From assembly GCA_963665775.2 (NCBI GenBank), contig CAXXTF010000002.1, positions 256,001 to 320,000 on the forward strand: 64,000 nt of DNA. The letters run 5' to 3'. This DNA is from Dehalococcoidia bacterium. Its GTDB lineage: Bacteria > Chloroflexota > Dehalococcoidia > SM23-28-2 > RBG-16-64-32. Positions within the stretch are counted from its first letter, which is position 1. Each line of letters starts with the position of its first letter. Below are positions 61,102 through 64,000 of this stretch, piece after piece. Under the pieces are notes generated by a model, which saw nothing but the letters and a program-made list of their open reading frames with translations, was not told the origin of the DNA and ran no database searches. The position numbers and the translations under genes were made by a program.

Positions 61102-61509
61102 TCAGCGTTCCAAGATGCGCAGCGTGCCCACCATTCCGTAGGCCTCGTGTCCTGGCAAGTGACAGATGTAGGCGTATTCGGCGGCCTGCTCGAATGTGAG
61201 CGTCGTTACGCGGGTCGAGAACGCCGGGACTGTTACCTCGGTTGGCACTTCCGCATGGACCGGCTCCGTCCCGGTGCGATGCCGTTCGTGCACCTCAGGC
61301 GGCCCAACGATCCACTCATGCTCGATCGGGTCGTCGTTGCGTAGCGTGATGGTTACAGGCACACCGGCTGGCACTGTAATGACCTCCGGAGTGAACTGCG
61401 AGTAGTGAATCGTTACGGTCACGCGAGTCGAGGTGCCATCGTCGCACCCGCTCACTACGAGTGTGGCGATGGCGGCCATCGCTAGAAGCATGCTTAGGCG
61501 CCAGGTCAC
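61102..61509 (-). CDS. Cupredoxin/plastocyanin-like lipoprotein
   Basis: VSGC lipobox; HEW...YICHLPGHEAYGM type-1 Cu ligands. Confidence 0.88.
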   Translation of the reverse strand: MTWRLSMLLAMAAIATLVVSGCDDGTSTRVTVTIHYSQFTPEVITVPAGVPVTITLRNDDPIEHEWIVGPPEVHERHRTGTEPVHAEVPTEVTVPAFSTRVTTLTFEQAAEYAYICHLPGHEAYGMVGTLRILER

Positions 61510-62546
61510 CGCCGGACCCCGCGAGGCTGGAGTCGCAGCACGAAGAGCGCGATGAGCATCCCGATCGATGCCGCAACCGCCGCCCAGACGAACGTCGAGG
61601 CGAGCCCATCGTTGTCGGCGGGAGCAAGATTTGGCAGGACGAGGCCGGCGGCCAGCGGCGACGGGTTGCTCTCGCCGCTGGTGTCAACGGCCAGGTCGAA
61701 CCGGAGGTCGGCCGCGGCACTGTCTACCTGAAGTTTCGTGAGCCAGGCTGACTGCGGTATCCAGCTCATCCCGGCATCCGCGCGGAGGTCATCGAGCAGT
61801 GTCGTTGTCGCCGCCTCGTTGTGTACTAGGGTAAGGCCGGGGCCAGGAGCTGGTAGAAGGGCGGGCTCGCGGTCCGTGAGAAGGTACACGTCGGCATTGA
61901 CGCGGTCTGCCGGCTGCTTGCCGAGGGCCAGGATGCGCAGCGGCACCCATGGGTTCGACGTCGGGATGGTGATGTGCACCGGAGTGCCATCCCCGATCTG
62001 CTGTCCGCGGGCGAGTGCGGCATCGCCATCGAAGACAGCCGCGAGGAAGATCGGGCTGCGCTCGGCATAGAAGTCCAGCACCTCGGGAGCATCCGGCGAG
62101 AGGCGGAATCCATGCTCCGTGGCCCAGGCCGCCACATCGGGGCCGCCGCCCTTGAGGACGGTGATGTCGAGCGCGTCGATTCGGACCTCTTGCAGCACGA
62201 CGGCGCCCAGGGCCCGCACACTGCGGGACTCAGCTTTGGCCACCAGCGGCTGTGTCTCGAGCGCCAGCCGCTGGAGCGTCCAATCGCCGCCGCGCTCAAC
62301 CTTTGACGGCACGTCAGGTAGGGGGATCAGGGTGCCGAACTCCCCGCCACCACCCTGAAACTCGAAGGCGGTGATGTAGTGCTCGACGCCTTCGTGGTAA
62401 GCGGCCAGCGTCGTGGTGCGGCCCAAGTTGACAGCTCCGTTTGAGCCGATCAGTCCGGCGCAGGCGCTTGCTGAACTTGGGCCCTGAATCAGTGATGCCG
62501 CCGCCACCGCGGCGAGGATGGGAATCGTTGTGATGAGTAGTCGCAT
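61506..62546 (-). CDS. DUF2330-like secreted, C-terminally anchored protein
   Basis: Signal peptide ending SASA-CAG; FGTLIPLP, WATEHGF and PWVPLRIL; C-terminal TM helix. Confidence 0.7.
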   Translation of the reverse strand: MRLLITTIPILAAVAAASLIQGPSSASACAGLIGSNGAVNLGRTTTLAAYHEGVEHYITAFEFQGGGGEFGTLIPLPDVPSKVERGGDWTLQRLALETQPLVAKAESRSVRALGAVVLQEVRIDALDITVLKGGGPDVAAWATEHGFRLSPDAPEVLDFYAERSPIFLAAVFDGDAALARGQQIGDGTPVHITIPTSNPWVPLRILALGKQPADRVNADVYLLTDREPALLPAPGPGLTLVHNEAATTTLLDDLRADAGMSWIPQSAWLTKLQVDSAAADLRFDLAVDTSGESNPSPLAAGLVLPNLAPADNDGLASTFVWAAVAASIGMLIALFVLRLQPRGVRR

Positions 62547-62985
62547 GGCGGCCTCCTTGTCGAAACACTCTGATACGACTAGGACGGAACCGGCTCGCAT
62601 TTGGTTCCGCACCCCCTGTTGGAGGATCCAAGGCTAGGATGAGTCATCCGCCGTCAGAGTGGAGTTGGCTTGGCGTCCCGGAGTGGCGAGACGGATGGGG
62701 GAACGCAAAGAGGCTCGATGGGGTCCGCGATCCGGGCCTCTATCTAGCCGGCCCTCCAGATACGCTCTGCTCCGAGCAACCAGGCGGAACGAAGTCTGTG
62801 CCAAACATCACGATGTTGACAGGAGGCGGTCTGGGAGTATTCTGGTTCCGCTAAGACACCTCTAACCACATCCGGTACTCATACGCCCGGCCGATCGGCA
62901 TCTAGGAGGTAGTGCATTAGGTAGCCTGGCGGAATAACAACGATCTTCCGGAAGAATGTCGGAATGAATAGAAAGGGGCAGCGAC

Positions 62986-64000
62986 GTGACCCCACCGTCA
63001 CCGCAGATATTCGATAACATACGTGTCCTCGATCTCATCACCCGCGAGGCGGGAGCAACGATAGCGACGTCATATCTGGCAGACATGGGCGCCGACGTGA
63101 TCAAGATCGATAGGCCCGGTGAACCGGAGCCGGCGATGGCCGGCCATTACGTCAAAGACGGCATTAACCTGCCGTACAAGGTGAAGGGTCGGAACAAGCG
63201 CCACATCACCTTGGACGTGAGCAAGCCCCAGGGCCGCGACATCTTCCACCGGCTCGTCGCCGACGCGGACGTGGTGGCTGAAAACTTCTCCCCCGGCACC
63301 ATGGAGGGATGGGGGCATGACTGGGAGACGCTCCGCTCCCTCAACCCCCGCCTGATCTTCTGTCGTATTTCGCCCTTCGGTCAGACGGGTCCCTACAAGG
63401 ACCGTCGAATAGACGGTCGCGGCGCCGAGGCGTTTGGGGGCCTGGCTCATCTAGATGGCGAGCCCGAACGTCAGCCGCTCCATTCGCAGGCTGATGTGGG
63501 GGGCACGATCGCCGGCATCTGGGCCGCTTACGGCACCATCCTGGCGCTGCTTCGTCGCGATGCTCAGGGCGGCCAGGGGCAGGTCATAGATGTCAGTCTG
63601 TGGGAGCCCATCTATCGCCAGCAGACGGGCCAGATCCCGGCCTACTCCGCCTCCGGCACGGCCCCCAAGCGCTCCGGCAGCCGCAAGAGCGGCGGCATCC
63701 CCTGGGTCGATACCCACGAGACCAAAGACGGCGGATTCTTCACCTACTCTGCCGTCACCCGCGCCAGCATGCGCGACCAGATGCTGGCCATGAACATGTT
63801 CCTCGACCCCCGCTTCAAGGACTTTCCGAGCGCCGCGCAAAACGCCGACGATTACCATGGAGAGGCGGTCAAGTGGATGAAGACGCGCACCCTGGACGAG
63901 GTGGATGACGCTTTCCAGAGGTACGAGTGCTCCAGCTCGCCGGTGACGAACGCCGAAACCTTGATCGACAACCCCCATCTCCTGGCGCGGGAGGACGTCA
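62986..64000 (+). CDS. CaiB/BaiF CoA-transferase (3'-partial)
   Basis: GTG start after AAGGGG; IRVLDL, LADMGADVIKID, RNKRHITLD, ENFSPG and FGQTGPY; runs off the window. Confidence 0.88.
   Translation, partial: MTPPSPQIFDNIRVLDLITREAGATIATSYLADMGADVIKIDRPGEPEPAMAGHYVKDGINLPYKVKGRNKRHITLDVSKPQGRDIFHRLVADADVVAENFSPGTMEGWGHDWETLRSLNPRLIFCRISPFGQTGPYKDRRIDGRGAEAFGGLAHLDGEPERQPLHSQADVGGTIAGIWAAYGTILALLRRDAQGGQGQVIDVSLWEPIYRQQTGQIPAYSASGTAPKRSGSRKSGGIPWVDTHETKDGGFFTYSAVTRASMRDQMLAMNMFLDPRFKDFPSAAQNADDYHGEAVKWMKTRTLDEVDDAFQRYECSSSPVTNAETLIDNPHLLAREDV

Overview
High-GC bacterial DNA whose gene content (F420-dependent LLM oxidoreductases, paired acyl-CoA dehydrogenases, CaiB/BaiF CoA-transferases, a dockerin-like repeat) suggests Chloroflexota, probably Dehalococcoidia/SAR202-like; this is an inference. 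A housekeeping and catabolic backbone (otsAB, tRNA-Arg, tatA, DEAD helicase, hydantoinase A/B, 2-oxoacid:ferredoxin oxidoreductase, tRNA-Trp) is interleaved with at least four mobile-element signatures. (1) A decaying satellite-like element integrated in comM (1-~6876). (2) A tRNA-Pro 3' att remnant (~13966). (3) An apparently intact 4087-bp transposon (17338-21424) with terminal inverted repeats and a perfect 9-bp target duplication, encoding a SWIM-finger DDE transposase and carrying a zinc-ribbon gene, a Bro-N gene, a Dam-like methylase and a probable restriction endonuclease. (4) A tyrosine-integrase island at tRNA-Trp, followed by a mosaic of IS fragments, defence genes and pseudogenes. 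Not evident from the ORF track: an ArsM-like selenoprotein (in-frame UGA plus SECIS hairpin), inverted iteron arrays, two probable pseudo-enzymes, and a candidate ~100-nt structured RNA.
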